A stretch of 63,532 nt of DNA, filler included, from Octopus bimaculoides (Eukaryota): assembly GCF_001194135.2 (NCBI RefSeq). It is 4 parts of 4 records of this genome, joined end to end, with 100 filler letters (N's around TTAATTAATTAA, not from the genome) between each part and the next. Parts side by side here need not be neighbours in the genome. Positions count along the whole stretch, not along the records: positions 1 to 14,181 come from NC_068992.1; positions 14,282 to 36,401 come from NC_069005.1; 2 more parts are not named here. One strand, given 5' to 3'. The notes under the pieces are model-generated. The model was not told the DNA's origin. It was given only the letters and a program-made list of their open reading frames with translations, and made no database searches. A program made the position numbers and the translations under genes. Of the stretch, positions 11,105-23,559 are shown one piece after another; within the stretch, counting starts at the first letter, position 1, and the number at the start of each line of letters is the position of its first letter.

Positions 11105-11990
11105 TTTAACTGCGACGACGCTATATTTACTGGCACGTCGTCGGTTACAACGACGAGGGTTCCAGCTGGTCTGATCAACAGAACAACTTGCATGGGAAAT
11201 TAACGTATTCCACAGACATGGGCACCCTTAACGCAGTCCTCAGGGAAATTCAGTGTGACATAGGTTGCCACACCTGTTGAAATGTAGGTACCNNNNNNNN
11301 NNNNNNNNNNNNNNNNNNNNNNNNNNNNNNNNNNNNNNNNNNNNNNNNNNNNNNNNNNNNNNNNNNNNNNNNNNNNNNNNNNNNNNNNNNNNNNNNNNNN
11401 NNNNNNNNNNNNNNNNNNNNNNNNNNNNNNNNNNNNNNNNNNNNNNNNNNNNNNNNNNNNNNNNNNNNNNNNNNNNNNNNNNNNNNNNNNNNNNNNNNNN
11501 NNNNNNNNNNNNNNNNNNNNNNNNNNNNNNNNNNNNNNNNNNNNNNNNNNNNNNNNNNNNNNNNNNNNNNNNNNNNNNNNNNNNNNNNNNNNNNNNNNNN
11601 NNNNNNNNNNNNNNNNNNNNNNNNNNNNNNNNNNNNNNNNNNNNNNNNNNNNNNNNNNNNNNNNNNNNNNNNNNNNNNNNNNNNNNNNNNNNNNNNNNNN
11701 NNNNNNNNNNNNNNNNNNNNNNNNNNNNNNNNNNNNNNNNNNNNNNNNNNNNNNNNNNNNNNNNNNNNNNNNNNNNNNNNNNNNNNNNNNNNNNNNNNNN
11801 NNNNNNNNNNNNNNNNNNNNNNNNNNNNNNNNNNNNNNNNNNNNNNNNNNNNTCAGGGAAATTCAGTGTGACATAGGTTGCCACACCTGTTGAAATGTAG
11901 GTACCTCCTGACCTGTTGACCTGCTGATCTATTGAAATGCAGCACATTTTTGCCCACTGAGAGGAGTAGAGCAACGTGAAATAAAACCTA
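11105..11990 (-). mobile_element. SINE family D copy, interrupted by a gap
   Basis: The 3' body is the reverse complement of the family-B tail (gatcaactggaaccctcgtcg...gagtgcca); the 5' part (tttcacgttgctc...) differs from family B. Confidence 0.7.
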
Positions 11991-12301
11991 TATTTTTAAT
12001 TAAGCTTAAATGATAGAGCTCAATTCGAGCAATTTCATGGTATCAATCTCACGCAATGAAATTTTAATAGGAAAAAGTTATGAGTGTTTGTTTCTCAAAT
12101 TTGAGGGTCATAATGTAGTTCTATACTTTTTTATGAATATAGTTCTATAAAGGGACTTTTAATGTATGTCACCGGCATCATTGAGATAAAGAAAAAAAAT
12201 ATCAACGAGACCGTTAGCATAAAAGCATAGCCTGGAAAAAAACATGGATTAAATGGGAAAATGCGAGCAAGAGAAAAAATATTCTCAAGATTATATGCCA
12301 A

Positions 12302-12302
<1 letters not shown>

Positions 12303-12365
<63 letters not shown>
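12303..12365. repeat. (ATT)n microsatellite
   Basis: Direct reading. Confidence 0.97.
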
Positions 12366-13416
12366 TTCTATATCTAAATATTTTATTTGAAGTTTTAACG
12401 AAAGCTGCAATATTTTAAGTAAAACTTTTCTTATTCTGTACTTTACCANNNNNNNNNNNNNNNNNNNNNNNNNNNNNNNNNNNNNNNNNNNNNNNNNNNN
12501 NNNNNNNNNNNNNNNNNNNNNNNNNNNNNNNNNNNNNNNNNNNNNNNNNNNNNNNNNNNNNNNNNNNNNNNNNNNNNNNNNNNNNNNNNNNNNNNNNNNN
12601 NNNNNNNNNNNNNNNNNNNNNNNNNNNNNNNNNNNNNNNNNNNNNNNNNNNNNNNNNNNNNNNNNNNNNNNNNNNNNNNNNNNNNNNNNNNNNNNNNNNN
12701 NNNNNNNNNNNNNNNNNNNNNNNNNNNNNNNNNNNNNNNNNNNNNNNNNNNNNNNNNNNNNNNNNNNNNNNNNNNNNNNNNNNNNNNNNNNNNNNNNNNN
12801 NNNNNNNNNNNNNNNNNNNNNNNNNNNNNNNNNNNNNNNNNNNNNNNNNNNNNNNNNNNNNNNNNNNNNNNNNNNNNNNNNNNNNNNNNNNNNNNNNNNN
12901 NNNNNNNNNNNNNNNNNNNNNNNNNNNNNNNNNNNNNNNNNNNNNNNNNNNNNNNNNNNNNNNNNNNNNNNNNNNNNNNNNNNNNNNNNNNNNNNNNNNN
13001 NNNNNNNNNNNNNNNNNNNNNNNNNNNNNNNNNNNNNNNNNNNNNNNNNNNNNNNNNNNNNNNNNNNNNNNNNNNNNNNNNNNNNNNNNNNNNNNNNNNN
13101 NNNNNNNNNNNNNNNNNNNNNNNNNNNNNNNNNNNNNNNNNNNNNNNNNNNNNNNNNNNNNNNNNNNNNNNNNNNNNNNNNNNNNNNNNNNTTCCAGTCT
13201 GAGAAAGAAGAGTTCTAGATAGGGGGAGGTAATTAGAGATTTCTTCCGGTATAGGGGAGATAATCGAAATCTAGGAGGTGGTAGAATTTGATTAATTTAC
13301 CATGGTTTTGTTCTATATTTTTTCCCCTAACCATGTAACACAAGCCTTCTGTAGTTTTTTCACTCTTATTATCTTTTATACATCCAACCACGTGCTTTCA
13401 CATACCAACTTTCTCA

Positions 13417-13459
<43 letters not shown>

Positions 13460-13618
13460 GATGAGCGACTTTCAATTTCCCTCAGACAAATCCACTTACA
13501 AGGCTTTGGGTAACCCGATGTTATAGTAGAAGACATTTGCTCAAGGTGTCCCGCAGGGGGACTGAACCTGGAACCATGTGGTTGAGAGCAAGTCTCATAC
13601 TACACATCCACGCCTACA
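13460..13618 (-). mobile_element. SINE family A, 5' half
   Basis: Reverse complement of the head/core at 25146-25310 (ggttcagtccc, ccttgagcaaatgtcttctactata). Confidence 0.85.
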
Positions 13619-13943
13619 TCATTTTCTCAGGTGATCATTGGGATAAGTTTTTAGACACGATATCTGTTAAACTTTTTAATTAATTGTCATATCATTGTTA
13701 ATTGGAAGTCAGGCATATCATTGTTGTGATATCAAATCATTATATCATTGTTGCATTATTATCCATTGAAGATATGATTGTTTTAAATATTAGTAATGAT
13801 ATTCATTGTTATATTTCTATTCTCCGTTATGTTATCATTGTTGTAGCATTTCCCCGATAGGAGTAACACAGCAGTATACGATGAACATTAATTGAAGTAG
13901 ATTTTAAAGAAAGTATTTTAAAATAACGTCTAAAATCGAATAG

Positions 13944-14023
13944 ATGCTCATGTATACAAATGCTCATGTATACAAATGCTCATGTATACAAATGCTCATG
14001 TATACAAATGCTCATGTATACAA
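13944..14023. repeat. 16-bp minisatellite (ATGCTCATGTATACAA)x5
   Basis: Five perfect copies. Confidence 0.97.
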
Positions 14024-14124
14024 ACGGAAACATACATACATACATACAAATATATACACAAACATATATACATATATACACATGCATATATACATATATA
14101 TACATGCATGCTCGTATATATGTA

Positions 14125-14181
<57 letters not shown>

Positions 14182-14225
14182 NNNNNNNNNNNNNNNNNNN
14201 NNNNNNNNNNNNNNNNNNNNNNNNN

Positions 14226-14237
14226 TTAATTAATTAA
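14226..14237. other. Assembly linker TTAATTAATTAA in a 100-bp N44-12-N44 spacer
   Basis: Same design at 36446 and 49813; gives stop codons in all six frames. Confidence 0.95.
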
Positions 14238-14281
14238 NNNNNNNNNNNNNNNNNNNNNNNNNNNNNNNNNNNNNNNNNNNN

Positions 14282-14545
14282 CGACAGGGGATGGTGGCGA
14301 AGCCTGCTGTACTCTTTCACCACAACTTTCTCTCACTCTTTCTTCCTGTTTCTGTTGTACCTGTAATTCAAAGGGCCAGCCTTGTCACACTGTGTCATGC
14401 TGAATATCCCCGAGAACTACGTTAAGGGTACACGTGTCTGTGGAGTGCTCAGCCACTTGCACGTTAATTTCACGCGCAGGCTGTTCCGTTGATCGGATCA
14501 ACTGGAACCCTCGACGTCATAAGCGACGGAGTGCCAACAACAACC
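14282..14545 (+). mobile_element. SINE family B, 3' part
   Basis: Near-identical to 23215-23481; ends gagtgccaacaacaac. Confidence 0.92.
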
Positions 14546-14559
14546 CTCGTCTGAAGCCT

Positions 14560-14790
14560 ATGATAAGACATTCAAGTGTGACCGGCCCGTCTTTTTAAGG
14601 GGTATTGTAGGACAGATATGTAATTTTTCCGAGGTGCGGTTTCAAGATTTGGTTGCTATTTCAAGCAGGTAGAGCGACCACGTTGATGCTCCTTCGTTGG
14701 ATGTATCAAACATCCGAGTTAGTCTCTGATCTAAGAGAGCTCTGATCAAAGGCATTCTGACTATGGCCATCCCGTCTTTATAAGGGAGGG
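14560..14790 (+). repeat. Unclassified dispersed repeat (family E)
   Basis: Motif ttggttgctatttcaagcaggtagagcgaccacg recurs in reverse complement near 21740, 40880 and 42545; the aaaggcattctg segment recurs near 32910. Confidence 0.6.
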
Positions 14791-14957
14791 ACTGTGGTTA
14801 GTATTATTACCTGTACCACTCGTGAGGTTTAGATGTCACGTTATTATCTCCGTCACGAGTTCAAATCTTGACGAGGTCGACTGCTTCTCCCATCGACCAT
14901 TGCTGAGCTTGTGCCTAAACTAAAAACAATAAAAACAGTTATTATTAGATAGAAAAT

Positions 14958-15070
14958 TAGGCAGAGTCGTTTGAGCGTATTTCGGTTCTTTACGTCCTGG
15001 GTTCGAATCCGGCCAACGTCAACTTCGCCTTTTATTTTTCTCATGGGTTGGTAAAATAAAAGTACTTGAC
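14958..15070 (+). mobile_element. SINE family C copy with internal deletion
   Basis: ggcagagtcgtt...gggttcgaatcc (B box)...aaataaaagtact. Confidence 0.7.
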
Positions 15071-15084
15071 AAATTTCTGACCGT

Positions 15085-15495
15085 ACGCCAATATAAAAAA
15101 TTATTTTGGCACACCTACCCAAATGTGGTTCCTCCCTCCCAATTTTCGACTGACTTTGTTTCCTCATAACTTCCAGAAAAATGGGTTGTTTTTAATGAAA
15201 TTTTCCACAAAAACCTTTCAGATGGTATAGTTTACGATCGTTTCGGTATTTGTTGTGGCAAAAGCAAAAAAAAAAAATGGTGGTCGCGTACACATTGGTA
15301 CTGACACATCACATTTATATCCACAAAATGAAACTTGGAATTTTGAAAAGAATTCTGTGAACCGAGTCAGCAGGTGCGCACTCACCATTTTTTTCTTTTT
15401 CCAACATTAAATTCCGATATAATCGTAATGTACACCATCTGAGAAGTATTTGTGGAAAATTTCATAATAAATAACTCGTTTTTATGAAAGTTATG
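15085..15495. mobile_element. Long-TIR MITE/foldback element, right end lost in a gap
   Basis: 15165-15252 is an imperfect inverted repeat of 15409-15495 (core atgaaattttccacaaa...tcagatggt). Confidence 0.75.
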
Positions 15496-16310
15496 NNNNN
15501 NNNNNNNNNNNNNNNNNNNNNNNNNNNNNNNNNNNNNNNNNNNNNNNNNNNNNNNNNNNNNNNNNNNNNNNNNNNNNNNNNNNNNNNNNNNNNNNNNNNN
15601 NNNNNNNNNNNNNNNNNNNNNNNNNNNNNNNNNNNNNNNNNNNNNNNNNNNNNNNNNNNNNNNNNNNNNNNNNNNNNNNNNNNNNNNNNNNNNNNNNNNN
15701 NNNNNNNNNNNNNNNNNNNNNNNNNNNNNNNNNNNNNNNNNNNNNNNNNNNNNNNNNNNNNNNNNNNNNNNNNNNNNNNNNNNNNNNNNNNNNNNNNNNN
15801 NNNNNNNNNNNNNNNNNNNNNNNNNNNNNNNNNNNNNNNNNNNNNNNNNNNNNNNNNNNNNNNNNNNNNNNNNNNNNNNNNNNNNNNNNNNNNNNNNNNN
15901 NNNNNNNNNNNNNNNNNNNNNNNNNNNNNNNNNNNNNNNNNNNNNNNNNNNNNNNNNNNNNNNNNNNNNNNNNNNNNNNNNNNNNNNNNNNNNNNNNNNN
16001 NNNNNNNNNNNNNNNNNNNNNNNNNNNNNNNNNNNNNNNNNNNNNNNNNNNNNNNNNNNNNNNNNNNNNNNNNNNNNNNNNNNNNNNNNNNNNNNNNNNN
16101 NNNNNNNNNNNNNNNNNNNNNNNNNNNNNNNNNNNNNNNNNNNNNNNNNNNNNNNNNNNNNNNNNNNNNNNNNNNNNNNNNNNNNNNNNNNNNNNNNNNN
16201 NNNNGGGCCGTGTGTGCTTAGGAGTAGAAAAGAATATTTTTAAACCTTGTGGTTTAAAAAATCGTAAAGACAAAAAAGAATTAACACTTTAATTAGTAAA
16301 ACCAATTCAT

Positions 16311-16580
16311 TTGCGAGTCTTCTTTCTTTCTTTCTTCTTCCTTTCTGTTCCTTCTTTATCATTTTCCTTCTTTCTTTTTCATTTTCTTTCTTTTTCTTTT
16401 CTTCCTTGTGTTTCTTCTTGCTTTCGTCTTCTTTTCTCCTTCGGCTTTTTTTTAAATTCTTATTTTTCTTCTTCCTTTCGTCTTTCTTCTTACTTGCTTT
16501 TGTCTATTTTTTCTTCTAATTTCTTCCTCCTTTTTCTTTTCCTCTTTCTTCTTCGCTTCGTCTTTCTTCTTCCCAAATGT
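16311..16580. repeat. Polypyrimidine low-complexity tract
   Basis: Almost exclusively C/T on the + strand. Confidence 0.9.
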
Positions 16581-16981
16581 TAATGTCGAGAGAGAGAGAG
16601 AGAGAGAGAGAGAAGAAGAAGAAAAAGAAGTAGCTGCAGTATTAGAAGCAGCAACAACCATCTCATTCAATAAACTTAATTCAGCATCATTATCACCAGC
16701 GCACGTTCTTACCTATCTCTATATCTCATGGAAGACATTTTAGCAGTTAACAAATTAGACCGAGACACTGAGACAGTCGTTTTGTTTGCTGAGACACATG
16801 TGGCTATATGAATGTAAGTTTGGCTGGCTTATTCATATCCCCCCCTTTTCGTTTGCTGTCTGATACTAGAAAGGGGTGACAATAGGGCCATTAGTTCAGT
16901 TTCAATAAACGTTTAAACATAAATCATTACGAACTAATTTTCCATGGTCCTTGTGATCGTGTGTATATTACGTGCATTTGA

Positions 16982-17315
16982 AATGTGGTCATGCTGGGGC
17001 ACCACCTTGAAGAAATCTAGTCGAACAAATCGATCCGAGCACTTATTTATTTTTTTAAGTGGTACTCTTTGTATCGGTCTCTATTGCCGAACCGCTAAGG
17101 TTACGGGTTTGTATACACACTAACGTCGGTGGTGGACACACACACACACACGACGAGCTTCTTTCAGTTTCCGTCTATCACAAGGCTTTGGTCAGCCCGG
17201 GACCATGTAGTTTGGCAGCAAAACTTCTTACCACACACGCGCGCCAGCGCCTATAGATTTGTAATATATTAGGCACAGGCGTGGCTGTGTGGTGAAAAGC
17301 TTGCTTCCCAACCAA
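16982..17315 (-). mobile_element. SINE family A, internally deleted, followed by an oppositely oriented head (17272-17315)
   Basis: Matches the reverse complement of 25146-25508 with core deletion and an internal (CA)n. Confidence 0.82.
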
Positions 17316-18289
17316 TGTGTGTGTGTGTGTGTCTGTTTGTCTGTCTGTGTGAATCCCTAAAACTCGAGAACTACGCAACCAATTTCATTCACATTTTACA
17401 CATGCCTTACTTAGGGTTCCAGTTGTGTTTTAGTAAAAAAAAATTATTAACTTCTTGCAGAGTTCGAGCCCACGGCAACATAATATCTCCTCCACTATTT
17501 AAGTATTACGTGTCAAAAGTGAAACAAAAACACTCGTCAAATACTTTCACTTTAAAAATGAAACTATTCTACTAACTGAAACAATCACATTTCGATACTG
17601 TAATGACAGATACTTTCAGACAGAGAGAGAAAGAGAGAGAGAGGGGGGGNNNNNNNNNNNNNNNNNNNNNNNNNNNNNNNNNNNNNNNNNNNNNNNNNNN
17701 NNNNNNNNNNNNNNNNNNNNNNNNNNNNNNNNNNNNNNNNNNNNNNNNNNNNNNNNNNNNNNNNNNNNNNNNNNNNNNNNNNNNNNNNNNNNNNNNNNNN
17801 NNNNNNNNNNNNNNNNNNNNNNNNNNNNNNNNNNNNNNNNNNNNNNNNNNNNNNNNNNNNNNNNNNNNNNNNNNNNNNNNNNNNNNNNNNNNNNNNNNNN
17901 NNNNNNNNNNNNNNNNNNNNNNNNNNNNNNNNNNNNNNNNNNNNNNNNNNNNNNNNNNNNNNNNNNNNNNNNNNNNNNNNNNNNNNNNNNNNNNNNNNNN
18001 NNNNNNNNNNNNNNNNNNNNNNNNNNNNNNNNNNNNNNNNNNNNNNNNNNNNNNNNNNNNNNNNNNNNNNNNNNNNNNNNNNNNNNNNNNNNNNNNNNNN
18101 NNNCACTTGCAAAGTGTTGAGTAAAATTATTTCGTTGCAGACCTCCTTTCGGTCTTTTTATTATCACTGCGACACACATAGTCCCCAGTTGGTAACATTG
18201 ATTTCAAGGCCCTCCTAGATGAGAGACTGGCATTCCACTTAATGTCTATGTTCCATGCTGGCATGGATTGGAGAGTTATTAATGTAGAA

Positions 18290-18393
18290 ATATGGTATCA
18301 TAGCTACTAACAGTTGAGGGTTGCGTAGTCTAGACAGCGTTTTTAGATTTCATTATTCTCTTTAACTCGGGCAAAGCCGGGTATTTCTGCTAG
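18290..18393 (+). mobile_element. Helitron-like 3' terminus
   Basis: GC-rich imperfect hairpin cgggcaaagccggg lies ~8 nt before a CTAG|T end (CTAG 18390-93), the standard Helitron 3' signature; no 5' end found. Confidence 0.55.
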
Positions 18394-18909
18394 TATATAT
18401 ATATATGTTTATATGTCTGTGTTTGTCCCTCACCATCGCTTGACAAAATTACATTGAGCTACATATTGTCATGTCACAATCCTGTCACTGTTTGTGACTG
18501 GACAGCAACTGGTGACATTTGACATTTCCTGGCAAAGTATTATGTATATGTGAGTTCATATTTCATTATGTCATGTAAAGAAAAGCCTCAGCTATTCATA
18601 CAGATGAGGCCATTCGCTTGTAGTTCATATCATATGCACGTCAGGGTTTCCTTGACATATCTTGACATGTTGCTTGATGTAAACAAAGGGCTCATCTGTA
18701 TGGTAGCTTTTGTTTCTTGTTCTCTATAAAACATGTTTGGACTGTTTGTTATTTTGATAGATTTGTTGGGGAGGTTATTAGCTTACTTGGAAACAAGAGT
18801 GTTGGTGACAGGAAGGGCACCCAAGCATAAGAAACTTTGCTTCAACTTACCCTTGTCTTATTCAAGTATGGAAAAGTAGATTTTAAAATATCTTTTTTTT
18901 TTTTTTAGT

Positions 18910-19200
18910 TTTAGACTGCAGCCATGCTGGGGTACCAAACTGAAGGGTTTAGTCAAATAAATCTACCCCACTCCTTATTTTTGTTTCTAAGTTTGGTACT
19001 TAATTTGTCTCTTTTGCTGAACTAAGTTATGGGGATGTAAACGAACCAACACCGGTTGTTAAGCAGTGGTGGGGAACAAACACGCACACACATGTTTCTG
19101 TCCACCAAATCCTTCTTATGAGGCTTTGGTTGGCCTGGTGCTACAGTAATAGACATCCAGCCATAGAAATCATACCAAATCAGATTGGAACCTGGTGCAG
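18910..19200 (-). mobile_element. SINE family A, diverged
   Basis: gactgcagccatgctgg...ctaagttatggggatgtaaac...aggctttggttggcc matches family A. Confidence 0.75.
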
Positions 19201-19547
19201 CTTACCAGTTTTCAGTCAAACCCTCCGACCCATACCAGCATGGAAAACAGACATTAAATGATGATATATATATTTATATCTCTACTGCAATAGGTTATCT
19301 ATATTTATGGCAAGCTTCAACACAGTTTCCATGTTACAGATTCATTCACAAGGCATTGATATGTCCAGGGCTATAGTAGAAGATACCTAGCCAAGATGCT
19401 GTACAATGGGACTGTATCCAAAACCACATGGTTACAAAGAGGGTCTCTTAACCCCACAACCAGGGTTTTTTATTTTTTCATATTTGCTTGTGTTGGATGG
19501 ATTTATCAGTTAGTTACTTGCCTCCTGAAACTGATGAATGATTTTAA

Positions 19548-19768
19548 CCCTTTCATTACCCTATTCATTTTGAGGTGCTCTGTGTTTCTTTCTATTAATT
19601 TTAAATATAACAGAAATTTAGTAAAATAACTTAGTTATCATTCAGCTAGTGTTAGGAACATAAATTGTGACTAAGGTTTGGTGGAAGATTTTAATTCAAA
19701 ACCTGTGAAAACAAAACATTTGTACTAAAGAACCAGAGCCGGTTTCAGCCGGGTTGGTATCGAAAAGG
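19548..19768. mobile_element. piggyBac-type MITE
   Basis: TTAA TSDs at 19544-47 and 19769-72; TIRs CCCTTTCATTACC / reverse complement CCTTTTCGATACC. Confidence 0.85.
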
Positions 19769-20560
19769 TTAATTTAGATCTCTTTTAAAGAAGACGTTTG
19801 TATCACAGAACCAAGGATGGTTTGAGGTGTTAATACAGGAAGTTTGTGTTATGTAACCGGGGATGGTCTGAAAGAGGCTGGCATCAAAAGGATTAAATAA
19901 AGACACCTCTATTCTGTATAATTTTTACTTTGAGTTTTGTTCTCTTCGATGTATTTGCTACAACTAAGTGTACAACTCTTTTGTTTCTTCCTGTTTGGAT
20001 TAACTGACAAACAAGTATTTACTTAGATAAATTCATTGCATCATTATTTGGCAACTGTGTAATCCAATCTAAGTGATTGCTGCTTAACTGGCTTAATCTC
20101 CATTTTATTATTATTATTTTCCCTTTTTTATTGTATATTTGTTTGCAATTTGGAAATATTTTCCATTGTTTTGTTGAGAATTGTCAAATCAATTTTTCCG
20201 GAATTGTTCTTGTAAACTTATCTCAGAGCTAGCTGTTTCATATGGTTTAATATCTGTATAAATAGGATGGAATGTAGCATCTTAAAAATACATGATTTTA
20301 ATGGTACTTTGATGATTATTTAGACCGAAGTGTGTTTCGTAATTTAAATATCTTTCCTTTCTGTTTTTTGTTCTTGTTCTATCAAAACCTGTTCACCGTG
20401 CAGAATTACTGTTCTGATAAGACAGGCTACCATACAGATCGAATGCATACCCACTGAAAGTTGTTTGGCCTTCTTATTTATTATTTTTCATTCTTAAACT
20501 TGTCTAAGGAGGAAGACCAATGACTGACACTTTTTTGGGCCTTTAAGTCCACTAAAACGG

Positions 20561-20593
<33 letters not shown>

Positions 20594-20625
20594 ATATATA
20601 CATATATATATATTTATTATTATTG

Positions 20626-20660
<35 letters not shown>

Positions 20661-21240
20661 CACACAAGGAACTTAACAAACAGTGAATCTAAGTATAATG
20701 TAAGACTTTCATACTTTTGATCATTTTCTTTTCCGTTGTATAATGTTTGCCAGAAAGGTGAAGTCAGTATTCAATAAACAAGTGATGGTGGGGGAACTTA
20801 TTTCAATTTCTATTTCGCAAATTCGTTTACAGGACTTTGATTGGCTTGGGGGTTTTAGTAAAAAAATGCTTACCCAAGGTACCAATGCAATGAGACTGAA
20901 TCGAAAAACCATGTGGTTTGTGAAGCAAACTTCTTTACTATACAGCTATGCCTGCACCTTATATTTATTTTCGACAAAATGTCTTGTACCAAATCTAGGG
21001 CAGCTCCTTTCGTGTAAATAACAGCAGAATTACTAACATCAAATGTAACACCTCTGTAATTAGAAAAATAACTGCGACTCACAGGATATCTAATACTTGC
21101 ATAAGAGAAGGAAAAAAAAATCAGAACACTGTAATTATATCTAATAATGTCAGTTGGGTCTCATCTGACAAGAAGCCTCACACAACTGTAAATGAATGTG
21201 TGAGCCCACATGACTGCTCTCAATGCTCTAACACACACGT

Positions 21241-21483
21241 TCTTTTATTCTTGTTTCAGTCAGTTTACTGCGGCCATGCTGGAGCACCGCCGTGAAGGGT
21301 TTTAGTTGAAGAATTCGGACCCTAGGACTTGTTCTTTGTAAGCTTAGTACTTATTCTATCGGTCTCTTTTGCTGAACCACTAAGTTATGGGGACATAAAC
21401 ACACCAGCATCAGTTGTCCAGCGATGGTGGCGGGGATAAACACAGACACACTCAAACGCAGACACATACACATACAATTACAT

Positions 21484-21524
<41 letters not shown>

Positions 21525-21696
21525 AATATATGATGGGCCTCTTTCAGTTTCCATCTACCAAATCCATTTGCAAGGCTTTGGTCAGCCCAAGGCCATAGTA
21601 GAAGAAACTTGCCCAAGGTGCCACGGAGTAGGACTGAACCCGAAACCATGTGGCTGGGAAGCAAGCTTCTTATCACACAGCTATGCCTTTGCCTAC
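21241..21696 (-). mobile_element. SINE family A, full length, with internal (CA)n(TA)n
   Basis: Colinear with the reverse complement of 25146-25508, including head and tail. Confidence 0.92.
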
Positions 21697-21839
21697 ATAT
21701 GTATATTTGTGTACCGACAGGTGAGTCTCTGTGGTCTCTTGGTGTGCTAGAAATAGCAACCAAATTTCTCTCAATTTGGATGCCTTTTTTTTTGTATGTT
21801 GTAGAAAAGAAAAGACGAAAACATTTAATTTGGTGTTAG

Positions 21840-21960
21840 CCAAGGTGAGATTTGAACTCAGACTGCAAAGAGCTGGAGCAAATACTGCAAGGCAACTGGT
21901 CTGACGTTCTTACAAGCCTGCCCACTCACTGACTGGGATTTAGTGCTTGACCAGTGCTCT
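21840..21960 (-). mobile_element. SINE family C fragment
   Basis: gatttgaactcag (B box, reverse complement) and tgccagctcac-like head end. Confidence 0.6.
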
Positions 21961-22185
21961 GTGTGTTTTCGAAACGATTATTTGTTTTAACTGTATCATT
22001 GAGTAAATAACCACACCACAGTAAACATGTCTTGAAAAAGAGCAAGTCTGATTAATGATTTAATGTTTTATAGGTTTAGTACAGCTTGTATAGAAGGAAA
22101 CTATTGATGGGAAATGATAAAAAATGCCCCAAAGTCATGTCGCTATATATATTATATACTAAAATGCACCTAAGTCATGTCCATA

Positions 22186-22230
<45 letters not shown>

Positions 22231-23088
22231 CACATATATACATGCATGTATACATATTTATTACTAAAGACATGACAGGTGCACTTACTAACTTCTGTAT
22301 GTACATACATACATACCTATACATGTATATGTACAAATATATATTTAAATTAAGACATGGCTTTAGTGCATATGTATGTATGTGCATATCTTTATTTACA
22401 AACACACACACACATATATATATATGCACACAGTCGCGTACACGCCTATGTAATTTAAATAGCGAGTTGAAATATATTTTTATGTATGTGCAAAGTGTCT
22501 TTTAAGTGATTATTTGGCTGGCAGGTTATTTGCTAATTGTTCGAAATATTTATTGTGTGTTTGGATGCCTGTGGTGCAGCCGGGTTTCCGATATCAAGCC
22601 CTCCTACAGTGATAGTATAAGCCGACGAGCTAGTATTTGGCTATTGCTTCAATAGGAACATGAACCTACAATCACTTTAATAGCTATTTTAGCGGTTTCT
22701 AAACATTATCATCCTGACACTGTTTCCTGCAATGGTTCTTCTTTAAAAACGTGTCCGTTTAAAACAGTTTTAGTGTTGAAAGGAACTTTGATTGCTCTGG
22801 TAATAATCATCACTTTTGTTACGTTTCGTTTTGTCGTTATCGTCTTACACACCTAAAAAAGTGATGGAATGACAGAGATTGCTAAAGACTCCGATTAAAT
22901 AACTCTGTATGGTGTTTGTTGTTCTTTTTTTCTTCTTCTTCTTCTTCTTCTCCCTCTGCAATTCTGAGTTGCAGTCCCACGGGAATTCACATTATCATTC
23001 ATCATCGTCTTGTTGATAGAATAACTCATGAACCAAATTATATGGAGGTGTCATGATTTAATTTTTGCTTATGTAAAGCATTGCCACT

Positions 23089-23481
23089 GTGAAGGCGCAA
23101 TGGCCCAGTGGTTAGGGCAGCGGACTCGTGGTCATAGGATCGCGGTTTCGATTCCCAGACCGGGCGTTTTGAGTGTTTATTGAGCGAAAACACCTAAAGC
23201 TCCACGAGGCTCCGGCAGGGGGATGGTGGCAAACCCTGCTGTACTCTTTCACCACAACTTTCTCTCACTCTTTCTTCCTGTTTCTGTTGTGCCTGTAATT
23301 CAAAGGGACCAGCCTTGTCACACTCTGTGTCACGCTGAATATCCCCCGAGAACTACGTTAAGGGTACACGTGTCTGTGGAGTGCTCAGCCACTTGCACGT
23401 TAATTTCACGAGCAGGCTGTTCCATTGATCGGATCAACTGGAACCCTCGACGTCATAAGCGACGGAGTGCCAACAACAACA
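23089..23481 (+). mobile_element. SINE family B, full-length young copy with TSD
   Basis: tRNA-like head (A box TGGCCCAGTGG, B box GTTTCGATTCC); (AAC)n tail; 14-bp TSD AAAGCATTGCCACT (23075-88) / AAAGCATTGCCAGT (23482-95). Confidence 0.95.
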
Positions 23482-23559
23482 AAAGCATTGCCAGTGATGG
23501 AAATTGGGCGGGGTGGCAGCAGGGAGATACATGGTGATACTTCTATGCGATGTTGTTAC

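Noticed and set aside
11239-11905. 54-bp direct repeat on both sides of the 11293-11852 gap
   Set aside because: Most likely overlapping contig ends left unmerged; the same pattern occurs around the 10-N gap at 51683-51692.
20345-20470. Possible exon after a pyrimidine tract and tgcag at 20403
   Set aside because: No convincing donor, and no recognisable peptide in any frame.
23089-23170. tRNA gene (also 36530-36612, 42730-42810, 61430-61507)
   Set aside because: A and B boxes are present but acceptor and anticodon stems do not pair, and each continues into a shared SINE body: these are SINE heads.
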